Shown here: positions 1 to 7,579 of the stretch, piece after piece | Numbering within the stretch: position 1 is the stretch's first letter | How the letters are laid out: every line of letters starts with the position of its first letter | Source of the DNA: Candidatus Micrarchaeia archaeon | Lineage (GTDB): Archaea; Micrarchaeota; Micrarchaeia; CAILAH01 | Reading direction: 5' to 3' | Length of the DNA: 16,747 bases | Assembly (NCBI GenBank): GCA_038740245.1 | Contig: JAVYLZ010000002.1 | Coordinates: forward strand, 39,399 to 56,145 | Made by a program: the position numbers and the translations under genes | Notes under the pieces: generated by a model | Database searches by the model: none | What the model saw: the letters and a program-made list of their open reading frames with translations, nothing else | What the model was told of the DNA's origin: nothing

Positions 1-1296
1 CGGGAGGCCGTTCCCTTCTGTTTCGGCAACGGCACCGGCAAGCACAGCATCCGCCACAACGGCTTTCACCTCCACCTCAATCTCACCAAGCCGTGCGGAG
101 TAATTGCCCATATCCTCTCTTTTTATCTTGCCATTGAGCATCTGCTCAACTTCTGATTTCAGGCCTTTGAGCCGGCCGCCATATTCGCTGCCCATATCTA
201 TTTTTTGCTCGGCCTGCGTTATCTGGCTGAGCACTTGGTCCCGCTTTGACCTGAGCTGGTCATACTGCACACTGTATGCCTTTATGCTGAACAAAAGCTT
301 GTCTATTGATGCGTTAAGCAACTTCCCCTTATCAATTGCCTGCCTGTAATTGCCCTCCTCCGCCAGCTTCTTAATCTCAAAGCTGCTGTTTTTAATTTCC
401 GCAATCTTCACATTAATCTCATCATCCACGTACATAGCGTTATTGTAAAGCGATTCTGCCTTTGCATAGCCGTCAACCACATCCCCTACAACTGCCCTGT
501 AAGTTGCCTCCCTTGTCTCAAGATACTTCAGCCGCGCCTGGCCGTTATTGTATATGCGCTTTGCACGCTCGCGCACTGCACTCTCGCTCGCAAGCGCCTG
601 CGACAGCGCCTCAGCATCATCAATTGCAATATCAAGCGCACCATAATCAATGCTCATATTTTTGCAGTAGGGTATATCATAGATCCGTGAGTCCTCAAGC
701 TTGTGCAGCGCATCATCAATGTCCTCAAGCTCATCCTCCATCTCCGCATACTCCTGTGATGTGTCAAGCCCGCTCTCATACAGTATAAACGCCTCAATCA
801 TCTGCTTGTCAAGCTCCTGCCGCGCAGTGTTCCACTCAAGTATCGCATACACCAAATCATCCCTGATTTGCATTGCGCACAGGGGCACCGCATAGCACGC
901 CTTTATGCAGCTCTCCTTGTCATAGCAGGGCATCTTGTCCACGCCCGTGGTCCGCTCACACTCGGTGCGCGCCGGATACTCGCTCTGGTTGACCCTGCGG
1001 AGCATCTCGATTATTTCACGGTTCTTTTCGCTTACCTGCGAGCTCTCATAAAGGTTAAGTATGAGCACATCCTCAATCTCCTTTTGCGTGTTTAGGGTTT
1101 CAGCACGCTCGTTGAACACGAATGTCTCCACACTGCCAATCTTCATTACCCAATACTTATGGCCCCCAGCCGAGAACTCGCTCAATGTATATGTCTCAGC
1201 TGGCTCGGCAAAGGATTGTGCCGCTTGTGCAACTGTTGTGGCATTCACGCACTGCACCAGCAGTGCCGACAGCATAATAAGTATAAGCAATCGCAT
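1..1296 (-). CDS. Secreted or surface hypothetical protein with a Cys cluster and a long helical region; 3'-partial, more than 432 aa
   Basis: Absent from the ORF track because it runs off the window. Manual translation from ATG at 1296 is open to base 1: MRLLILIMLSALLVQCVNA (signal peptide) ... CERTTGVDKMPCYDKESCIKACYAVPLC ... E/K/A-rich helical region ... AGAVAETEGNGLP. Confidence 0.85.
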   Translation of the reverse strand, partial: MRLLILIMLSALLVQCVNATTVAQAAQSFAEPAETYTLSEFSAGGHKYWVMKIGSVETFVFNERAETLNTQKEIEDVLILNLYESSQVSEKNREIIEMLRRVNQSEYPARTECERTTGVDKMPCYDKESCIKACYAVPLCAMQIRDDLVYAILEWNTARQELDKQMIEAFILYESGLDTSQEYAEMEDELEDIDDALHKLEDSRIYDIPYCKNMSIDYGALDIAIDDAEALSQALASESAVRERAKRIYNNGQARLKYLETREATYRAVVGDVVDGYAKAESLYNNAMYVDDEINVKIAEIKNSSFEIKKLAEEGNYRQAIDKGKLLNASIDKLLFSIKAYSVQYDQLRSKRDQVLSQITQAEQKIDMGSEYGGRLKGLKSEVEQMLNGKIKREDMGNYSARLGEIEVEVKAVVADAVLAGAVAETEGNGLP

Positions 1297-1395
1297 GCCT
1301 TATTATACAGCCGCATCCTTTTATTTGTGAATGGGGCCAGGGAGAAGGCAAAGACACATAAGGCAGAAAAGCAGCTGTAATTTTTTACTATTTTT

Positions 1396-2796
1396 TCACA
1401 TTCCAAAAATCTCAGAAGGGTTCCTGTCATCCGTTATTACATTCCCGCGCTCAACTGCAATCATTTCGTGCCCATATCTCTCAACAAATTCCGGGCTTTC
1501 CGAATCGGTTGCTATCAGGATAATGTTTTTTTTGCCGTCCCACTTTTGCACTGGAAAGACGTATACGTGCCTGAACACTTCGCTGTAAGTCCCGTAAACG
1601 AATTTCAGGTAGTCGGAATCCTCCCGTGCTATTAGGTTGACTGCCACCGCCCCGCCGGCGCCCATCCGTGACTTAAGCAGGCGCACAAATTCAACGGATG
1701 CGAGGTGCGGCGGTGGGGAATGCGCCCTGAACGCATCAATGAAAACGATGTCATATGTGGAGTTGGTGCTGTGCAGGAACCTGCGCGCATCCTCTATGTA
1801 GATTGATGTCCTGCCGTCCGAGTCATTAAGCGAGAAATACTCCCTGCCAACCTGCACAATCGACGGGTCAATATCCACGCCGTCCACGTATATTTGCGGG
1901 TAACGGCGCTTGAGCAGCTCAACCTGCGTTCCCGCGGCACAGCCGAGCACCAGCCCGCGCGACGGGCTTTCAACAAGGTCAAACACACGTGCTGCCATAA
2001 TCACATACTCAAATGACGGCTTACCGTTGGTCTCACCGCTTGAAAGTGCATTATCAAGAAGAAGTGTGCGCTCAACACCTTCTGGGGTTTCCTTTTCAAG
2101 CACAGTTATAAGCGCATAGTGGCCGTTCTTCTGGAATATCTGGCCGTCGTAGCTTATTGAGGGGTTCACGATCATTACTCCAAGAAGCACCAATGCAAAC
2201 ACCGCACGCTCAATGTTGTCTACCCCCTTCCTGCAAAGCGCTGCAGAGCACGCGCCCATAAGCAGCCCGCCGAGAATGTATATGTGGGTGAGGCTCATGT
2301 TCGGGACCAGCAGAAAGCCCGTGATGACCACACCTGCAATGCTGCCCGCAGTTGAAAGCGAGAAAACAGTCCCCACACTTGTGCCCTCCTTGCCTTTTTT
2401 TGACACTATCTTGATTGCGTACGGGGAGACCATGCCGTAGAAGAAGCTTGCCGGTGCGAGTATAAGCGGGGCCAGCAAAGCCGCGATGTATACAGGCAAG
2501 TCAAGCGCCAGCTCACCGGCCACCAGCGTAAGCGGCGGCACTGCTACGGTCAGCATGCCTGCAAGCAGGAGTATGCGCGAGAGATGGGCCGGGCTTTTGA
2601 GCTTGTCCGCAGCCTTCCCGCCTGCCCAGTAGCCGAGGCTGAGCGCGCCCAGCACAACTGCAATTGTGCCGGTCCACGTATATATTGTATTGCCAAGATA
2701 GGGGTAAAGTGTCCTGCCCCCGGCAATCTCCACGAGCATTGAGCACGCTCCCGCTATGAATACAACTGCAAAAAGGGCACGCTTATTTATTTCCAT
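1396..2796 (-). CDS. Fused membrane (MFS-like) / spermidine synthase-like SAM-dependent transferase
   Basis: N-terminal multi-TM region (GACSMLVEIAGGRTLYPYLGNT; GALSLGYWAGGKAADK; STAGSIAG). C-terminal class I SAM-fold motifs LVLGCAAG, GVDIDP, EDARRFL, YDIVFIDAF and terminal TDDRNP. Confidence 0.85.
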   Translation of the reverse strand: MEINKRALFAVVFIAGACSMLVEIAGGRTLYPYLGNTIYTWTGTIAVVLGALSLGYWAGGKAADKLKSPAHLSRILLLAGMLTVAVPPLTLVAGELALDLPVYIAALLAPLILAPASFFYGMVSPYAIKIVSKKGKEGTSVGTVFSLSTAGSIAGVVITGFLLVPNMSLTHIYILGGLLMGACSAALCRKGVDNIERAVFALVLLGVMIVNPSISYDGQIFQKNGHYALITVLEKETPEGVERTLLLDNALSSGETNGKPSFEYVIMAARVFDLVESPSRGLVLGCAAGTQVELLKRRYPQIYVDGVDIDPSIVQVGREYFSLNDSDGRTSIYIEDARRFLHSTNSTYDIVFIDAFRAHSPPPHLASVEFVRLLKSRMGAGGAVAVNLIAREDSDYLKFVYGTYSEVFRHVYVFPVQKWDGKKNIILIATDSESPEFVERYGHEMIAVERGNVITDDRNPSEIFGM

Positions 2797-3374
2797 TGCG
2801 GCAACACCATTTCTATGCGTTTGGCCACTTCATCAACAGTGCCCTCGCCGCTCACTGTAACCATTTTTTCTGCGAAAAACGCCTCAGCTGATATTGTTAG
2901 GTAATTTGCGCGCACCTTCTCAAGAAACTCCTCTTTCTCAAAAATCTCTTTCTCGCCCCCGCCAAGCCGCTTTATCCCAACCTCTGCGGGCACATCTATG
3001 ATTATCACAAAATCCGGCTTGATAACGCCGAATCCTTCAATAATTTTCTTGCCCAGCTCATAGTCAAACCCCTGCGCGCACTGGTATGCGAGTGTTGAGT
3101 GGCAATACCTGTCCAAAACTATATGCTCATCTGGGTTTCCCTTGAATTTTTCAAGTATCTTATTGTCCTTCACCATATCCATGAGAAACATGGGGAACAG
3201 CTGCGGGCCTTCAAGCACAAAGCCGGCCCGCCCCTTAAGCACATTGTTGAATATCCCCCCAAAAACGCCTTCCCTGTCTGGGTAATTCTTTCTTGCGCAA
3301 TTAATCTTCTGCCGCAGGAGCTCAATCTGCGTGCCCTTGCCGCACCCGTCAATCCCCTCAAACACGATTATCAT
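2787..3374 (-). CDS. tmk: Thymidylate kinase
   Basis: P-loop VFEGIDGCGKGTQ, LDRY motif, STLAYQ and KPDFVIIID. GAGGAG SD-like sequence upstream. Overlaps the next gene by 10 nt. Confidence 0.93.
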   Translation of the reverse strand: MIIVFEGIDGCGKGTQIELLRQKINCARKNYPDREGVFGGIFNNVLKGRAGFVLEGPQLFPMFLMDMVKDNKILEKFKGNPDEHIVLDRYCHSTLAYQCAQGFDYELGKKIIEGFGVIKPDFVIIIDVPAEVGIKRLGGGEKEIFEKEEFLEKVRANYLTISAEAFFAEKMVTVSGEGTVDEVAKRIEMVLPQWK

Positions 3375-3403
3375 GGTATTGTATCTCCTCTAACAATTAA
3401 AAA

Positions 3404-3497
3404 GAGTGGACCCGCCCAGAGCAGGGGCACTTCGTCCCCTGCAACCCCCGATATTTTCGCTCCGCGAAAATGTAAAATTTGAGTGGACCCGCCCAGA
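3404..3497. repeat. 17-bp exact direct repeat of the tRNA-Val 3' end (3404-3420 and 3481-3497) around a 60-bp spacer containing two hairpins
   Basis: gagtggacccgcccaga occurs twice. Spacer hairpins: GCAGGGG/CCCCTGC (3421-3442) and ATTTTCGC/GCGAAAAT (3453-3471). Confidence 0.95.
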
Positions 3498-3604
3498 TTT
3501 TCAGAGCTTTTTCGCAAGCCTTTTTAGGCATCCCGAAAAAGGCTTATTGAACTGGGGATCTTTCCCGTGTCAGGGGAACGTCTTAACCACTCGACTACGG
3601 GTCC
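3484..3604 (-). tRNA. tRNA-Val(GAC) with a 48-nt non-canonical T-loop intron (predicted position 59/60, 3498-3545)
   Basis: Acceptor GGACCCG/CGGGTCC plus A73; anticodon arm TTCCC-CT-GAC-AC-GGGAA (anticodon 3569-3571); T-stem CCCAG/CTGGG interrupted by an insert. BHB/BHL-like motif: helix TTCA/TGAA with bulges ATA and AAT. Spliced length 73 nt; CCA not encoded. Confidence 0.92.
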
Positions 3605-3626
3605 ACGGGATAGTTAAATTTAGGAA

Positions 3627-3638
3627 TGCTTATATTGG
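3627..3638 (-). promoter_or_regulatory. Putative TATA-like box of tRNA-Val
   Basis: Minus-strand CCAATATAAGCA lies about 25-30 nt upstream of the tRNA 5' end, the usual archaeal spacing. Confidence 0.45.
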
Positions 3639-3664
3639 TTTTGAGGGGGGCCTTCAAAAGTAAA

Positions 3665-4441
3665 TTACCCCCCAAGGGCAACCTTCATGTAATACATCAG
3701 CACAAGGCCCAGCACAATCATGCCGAACTGCATCACGGATATGACGGGCTTTCTTTCCCTGTGCAGCTCGGGCACCAGGTCCACAGCCGCAATGTATATG
3801 AACCCGCCTGCGGCTATCGGCAAAAGCAGGTTGGCCAGCCCGCCCACAGATTCAAGCGCGTAATAAGTAAGCAGTGCCCCGAACACCGCACCCAGCGCGG
3901 ACATGAAGTTGTAAAGCAGTGCTTTCCTCGGGGTAAGCCCGCTGTGGACGAGCACCGCAAAATCACCGAGCTCCTGTGGTATCTCGTGCAGCGCAATCGC
4001 AATCGTGCTTGCAATGCCCAGCGGCACGTTGGCCATAAACGACGCGGAGATTATTGCCCCGTCAACAAAGTTGTGTATCATATCGCCGACGAGGTTAAGG
4101 TATGCAACCGGCTTTACTCTTGCCTTGGCATTGCTGTTCTCATGGCCGTGCATTTCACACCCTTCATCGTGGCAGTGCCGCCAGTGCAGGAACTTCTCTA
4201 TTATGAAAAACGCAAGGAACCCAAGCAGCGCAAGCGCAAACACAAGCATTGGCTCCTCGGTTTCTTCAATGGCTTCCGGAAGCAGGTGGAACATTGCGCC
4301 GCCCAGCATGCCGCCCACTGCAAACGCAACCATATATGCTAGCACGGACGGCCGCAGGCGCTCATTCAGTGCAAGCAGTGCAATCCCGACTAGCGATAAG
4401 ACACTGACTAACAGTGTAGCAAGCACAATCTCAATTATCAA
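3665..4441 (-). CDS. ZIP-family divalent metal (Zn/Fe) transporter
   Basis: Multi-TM protein with ZIP signatures HNFVDG and HEIPQELGD, and a His/Cys-rich loop HWRHCHDEGCEMHGH. TTG start with GGTGG SD-like sequence. Confidence 0.93.
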   Translation of the reverse strand: MIIEIVLATLLVSVLSLVGIALLALNERLRPSVLAYMVAFAVGGMLGGAMFHLLPEAIEETEEPMLVFALALLGFLAFFIIEKFLHWRHCHDEGCEMHGHENSNAKARVKPVAYLNLVGDMIHNFVDGAIISASFMANVPLGIASTIAIALHEIPQELGDFAVLVHSGLTPRKALLYNFMSALGAVFGALLTYYALESVGGLANLLLPIAAGGFIYIAAVDLVPELHRERKPVISVMQFGMIVLGLVLMYYMKVALGG

Positions 4442-4452
4442 TTATACCACCA

Positions 4453-4671
4453 TTACAAATATGACAGCAGCGCAAGTGCCGCATGCACAAGTGCAAGCAA
4501 AATGCCGATGCGCGCGGCCCACACATGCCATTCCAAAGGCATTTTGCGTATTCCTTTTTGGGTAAGCACGGCTATTGCAGCTGTGCAAGCGATTGACACG
4601 ATGGCGAGCACACCAAGCCACATTATGAGGGGCAGCCCGAGCACCTGCGCGTATGATATTTCAGCAAGCAT
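4453..4671 (-). CDS. Small two-TM membrane protein with an H-x13-H helix, possibly heme b binding
   Basis: The ORF track gives 4453..4692. ATG at 4671, after a GGGGG SD-like run and just past the upstream stop, is the more likely start (72 aa). The second TM reads WHVWAARIGILLALVH. Confidence 0.75.
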   Translation of the reverse strand: MLAEISYAQVLGLPLIMWLGVLAIVSIACTAAIAVLTQKGIRKMPLEWHVWAARIGILLALVHAALALLSYL

Positions 4672-4675
4672 GCGG

Positions 4676-5029
4676 TCAACCCCCGAATTCACCTACATAA
4701 ATGCCTTTAAGCGCATCGTTTGAGTGCTCATACGAGCGGAAGGAAGAAGTCGCATCTTTGCCGCAGAATGGGATTATGCACTTTGCAACGTTCGGATGCT
4801 TGCCCATTATTGAAGTCACATCGTATACCTTTCCTTCAACAACCACCCAGCAGTCCTGCGCAGTTGAGTGCCTAGCCACCTCTTCAGGGCCAATTTTCAC
4901 GGCTGCTGTTGGCACAGGCAGGCCGCCACCCGCAGTTTGGCCGGCGGTTTCCTGCTGTGCGGGCTGGCCAATACACCCGGACACAAGCATTAGCAGCATA
5001 AACGCAATGGCCGGAACAAATGTTCTCAT
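4676..5029 (-). CDS. Cytochrome b5-like heme-binding domain lipoprotein
   Basis: Lipoprotein signal LLMLVSGC, a linker, then b5 signatures EEVARH, DCWVVVEGKVYDVT, HP(NV), GKDAT, EHS and YVGE. Both axial His positions are present. Confidence 0.88.
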   Translation of the reverse strand: MRTFVPAIAFMLLMLVSGCIGQPAQQETAGQTAGGGLPVPTAAVKIGPEEVARHSTAQDCWVVVEGKVYDVTSIMGKHPNVAKCIIPFCGKDATSSFRSYEHSNDALKGIYVGEFGG

Positions 5030-5107
5030 AAATGGATTATCGCGGCAAAGCTTAAATGCGCACGGTCGCGTATCCTTTCTATAAACAGTGCAGTGCGGGC
5101 ATGCGGC

Positions 5108-6865
5108 CTATGCCTCTGTGTCCGTGCTTTTCTCAACACGGCGCTGCGATTTGTACATCCCTATTATCTCGTCAACTGTGGTGGCATCCTCCGGCCGCTT
5201 GTCAGTGCGCACATCGCCAACCATGCGCGGGAACCTGAGCGCATATCCAAGCCCCTCTGCATCACGGCCGCACGTGTGCTGCGGTGAGCGCGTAATCTCA
5301 TCGGCCCGCACCGTAATAACATACTTTGGCTCAACCCAGAAGGTGGGCTCCATAAGCGAGCGTACGCGCGCATTCGGCTTTTTTGTCTTTATCTGGGAAA
5401 GTGCCCCCTCAAGCGTTTTCATCTGCTCCTCGGTGAACCCAGAGCCCACTTTTGCAATTGTCTGGAAGTTATCCTCCTGCGGGTCGTACACCGCCCCAAG
5501 CACACCGCCAAACTTAAACTGCGCTCGCGCACCTTTGCCCGCATAATACCCTATTATTACAAGGTCAATGGTATCGCTCAGCTCGCCACGGTATGAGCGC
5601 TTAAGCTTAACCCACGCAAACTTGCGTGCGCCGGCAGTATACGGCGCCGACAGGTCCTTCGCCATCAGGCCCTCAAGCCCGCGCGACACAAAATCCTGAA
5701 AATGCCTTTCAATCTCTTCAGCGGAGCCTGTTATGTATGATTCTGAAGGCATGATCAGCCCATTGCCCTTTATGAGGGCCTCAAGCATTTTTCGGCGCGC
5801 GTGCAGCGGCTCCTGTGTGATATCCTTGCCGTTGATGTAAAGAAGGTCAAATGCAAACAGCCGCAGCGGCATCTCGGCAGCCATCTCATCAACGCCATGC
5901 TTGCGCTTGCGCTGTATGGTCTGCTGGAACGGATAAAATTCGCCCGTTTGCTCGTTATAGGCGAGCGCCTCACCCTCAAATATCACGTCTTCGCACTTAA
6001 GCTGCCTTATGGCCGCAACAACCTCAGGCAGCATATGCGTCATACGCTCAAGCCGGCGCGAAAATATCTCAACCTTCTCCCCCTTTTTGTGGCACTGGAG
6101 CCTGAACCCGTCATACTTGGCCTCCACGAGGCACTTGCCAAGCTTTTTTGATATTTCTTCAGGGGAAGATAGGCGCTCGGCAAGCGCAGGCCGCACCGGC
6201 ATAAGCGGCTGCATCGTGAATTTTGCGATTGATTTTGGGTCGCGCAGGTACGACTCGGCAACAAGGCCAAGGTCAGAGCACTTGTTATAGGCCGCTTCAA
6301 GCACTTCACGGTCACTTTTGTCGCCTTTGTGCATGAATGAAAGCGCGTCAAGCACCGTGGGATCGCCGACACCGAGGCGCAGTCTGCCAATCGGGAAGCG
6401 CGCAATGTATTTTGCCTCAAGCGGTGATGCGTTGTTGAGCAGCTCTGCAAGCAGGCCTATTTTTGCGTCCTGTGAGCCGTGCCCGCTAAGCGTGGCGATC
6501 CTGTAAAATGCCTGGAACACCTTCTTTATGGTAAGCTTTTCAGAGAACAGCGCTGCCTGGCGCTTTGCAGAGCACAGCTTCTCGGCGACCGCGCCCAAAT
6601 CTCCAAGCTTGAGGTAGTGCGACTGCACATCCTTCTCCGAGTAGCCGAACGCCTTTGAAAGCGCCTGCTCAACAAGCTTCTCGCCAAGGCCGACCTCAAC
6701 ACCAGCAAAAGGCGGTGCCACCGCACCCTGCAGGAGGTATACGGAGAAGCGGGCTTCCTCGGACGACTGCTGCTTGAACAGCCAGGCCATCACCTCAACC
6801 ATCTCGTTGCGCGACTTGGTTGACTCAAGCGCAAGCATTGTTTCAGCAAGCACTGAAAAGTCCAT
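5108..6865 (-). CDS. lig: ATP-dependent DNA ligase (archaeal LigI type)
   Basis: Motif I EAKYDGFR (adenylated Lys), FEGE, LFAFDLL, EGLMAK, WVKLK and motif VI LRFPR; 585 aa including the N-terminal DNA-binding domain. Confidence 0.97.
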   Translation of the reverse strand: MDFSVLAETMLALESTKSRNEMVEVMAWLFKQQSSEEARFSVYLLQGAVAPPFAGVEVGLGEKLVEQALSKAFGYSEKDVQSHYLKLGDLGAVAEKLCSAKRQAALFSEKLTIKKVFQAFYRIATLSGHGSQDAKIGLLAELLNNASPLEAKYIARFPIGRLRLGVGDPTVLDALSFMHKGDKSDREVLEAAYNKCSDLGLVAESYLRDPKSIAKFTMQPLMPVRPALAERLSSPEEISKKLGKCLVEAKYDGFRLQCHKKGEKVEIFSRRLERMTHMLPEVVAAIRQLKCEDVIFEGEALAYNEQTGEFYPFQQTIQRKRKHGVDEMAAEMPLRLFAFDLLYINGKDITQEPLHARRKMLEALIKGNGLIMPSESYITGSAEEIERHFQDFVSRGLEGLMAKDLSAPYTAGARKFAWVKLKRSYRGELSDTIDLVIIGYYAGKGARAQFKFGGVLGAVYDPQEDNFQTIAKVGSGFTEEQMKTLEGALSQIKTKKPNARVRSLMEPTFWVEPKYVITVRADEITRSPQHTCGRDAEGLGYALRFPRMVGDVRTDKRPEDATTVDEIIGMYKSQRRVEKSTDTEA

Positions 6866-6985
6866 AATCCATACTTTACTGGCAATATTTTTATGCTGTA
6901 GGCGCAGGTGCGGCGCTTATGAATGGACAGCCGTTCCGTTTAGTATATAATAACCTTTATTAATATCAGGGCATAAATCCAACTT

Positions 6986-7579
6986 ATGAACCGCGGGTTC
7001 ATATTCGTGCTTGATGCGTTCATTGCGCTTGTTGTAATCATAGCTTTCGTTGGCACGCTAAGCCAGTTCTCGCGTGATTACTCATACCTTCAGGATGAGA
7101 CGCTTTACTCATACGGCAGGAGCATAATGAATGTCCTGCTTTACCACGAGATTACTGTAAATGACGCGGTTTACGGAGAGCGCACGATTCCGCTGATACA
7201 CGCGCTGCGCGAGAGCGAAGCCGAGGACATGTGGGAGGGGCAGATAGATCCGCTCATACCTCCGCAGATAGGGTATTCCATTGACTATTACACGGGTAGC
7301 AAGTGGAAGCCCTTTAGCGATAAGTACGTGCGCAAGAAGGAGGGCGCACGCAAGGCTGTGGCGGTTGTTTCAGCAGTGCCCGTGATTGTGAAGGGCGAGC
7401 GCATACAGTACCCATACACGTACGGCCGGTATTGCCCTCCAGGTGGCGGCACAAGTGCGATAAGCACGAATGTGTGCATGCTGCCGGCCGAGCTTTACAC
7501 GCCTGACGAGTTTGCAACCGGCGATTACAAGGACGCCCCCTACGGCGCCACGTTTGTGAGGGTGATGGTGGAAATATGA
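6986..7579 (+). CDS. Class III signal peptide (type IV pilin-like) protein
   Basis: MNRG/FIFVLDAFIALVVIIAF: basic residue plus Gly cleavage site, then a hydrophobic helix. First gene of a translationally coupled operon. Confidence 0.75.
   Translation: MNRGFIFVLDAFIALVVIIAFVGTLSQFSRDYSYLQDETLYSYGRSIMNVLLYHEITVNDAVYGERTIPLIHALRESEAEDMWEGQIDPLIPPQIGYSIDYYTGSKWKPFSDKYVRKKEGARKAVAVVSAVPVIVKGERIQYPYTYGRYCPPGGGTSAISTNVCMLPAELYTPDEFATGDYKDAPYGATFVRVMVEI

Noticed and set aside
104..1588. Short plus-strand ORFs (104..349, 462..788, 701..895, 868..1095, 1061..1330 and others)
   Set aside because: They are antisense shadows of the long minus-strand genes and have no recognisable motifs.
3404..3497. CRISPR-like repeat-spacer-repeat
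   Set aside because: There are only two 17-bp copies, they are identical to the tRNA 3' end, the spacer is 60 bp, and no cas genes are present.
3421..3545. A single long intron using the distal 3'-exon copy
   Set aside because: The bases preceding the distal copy (CCCT-GC) cannot pair with TTCA to form the BHB helix, whereas the proximal copy (TGAA-AA) can.
3626..4565. 238-aa and 186-aa plus-strand ORFs
   Set aside because: They lie antisense to the well-supported ZIP transporter and have implausible composition.
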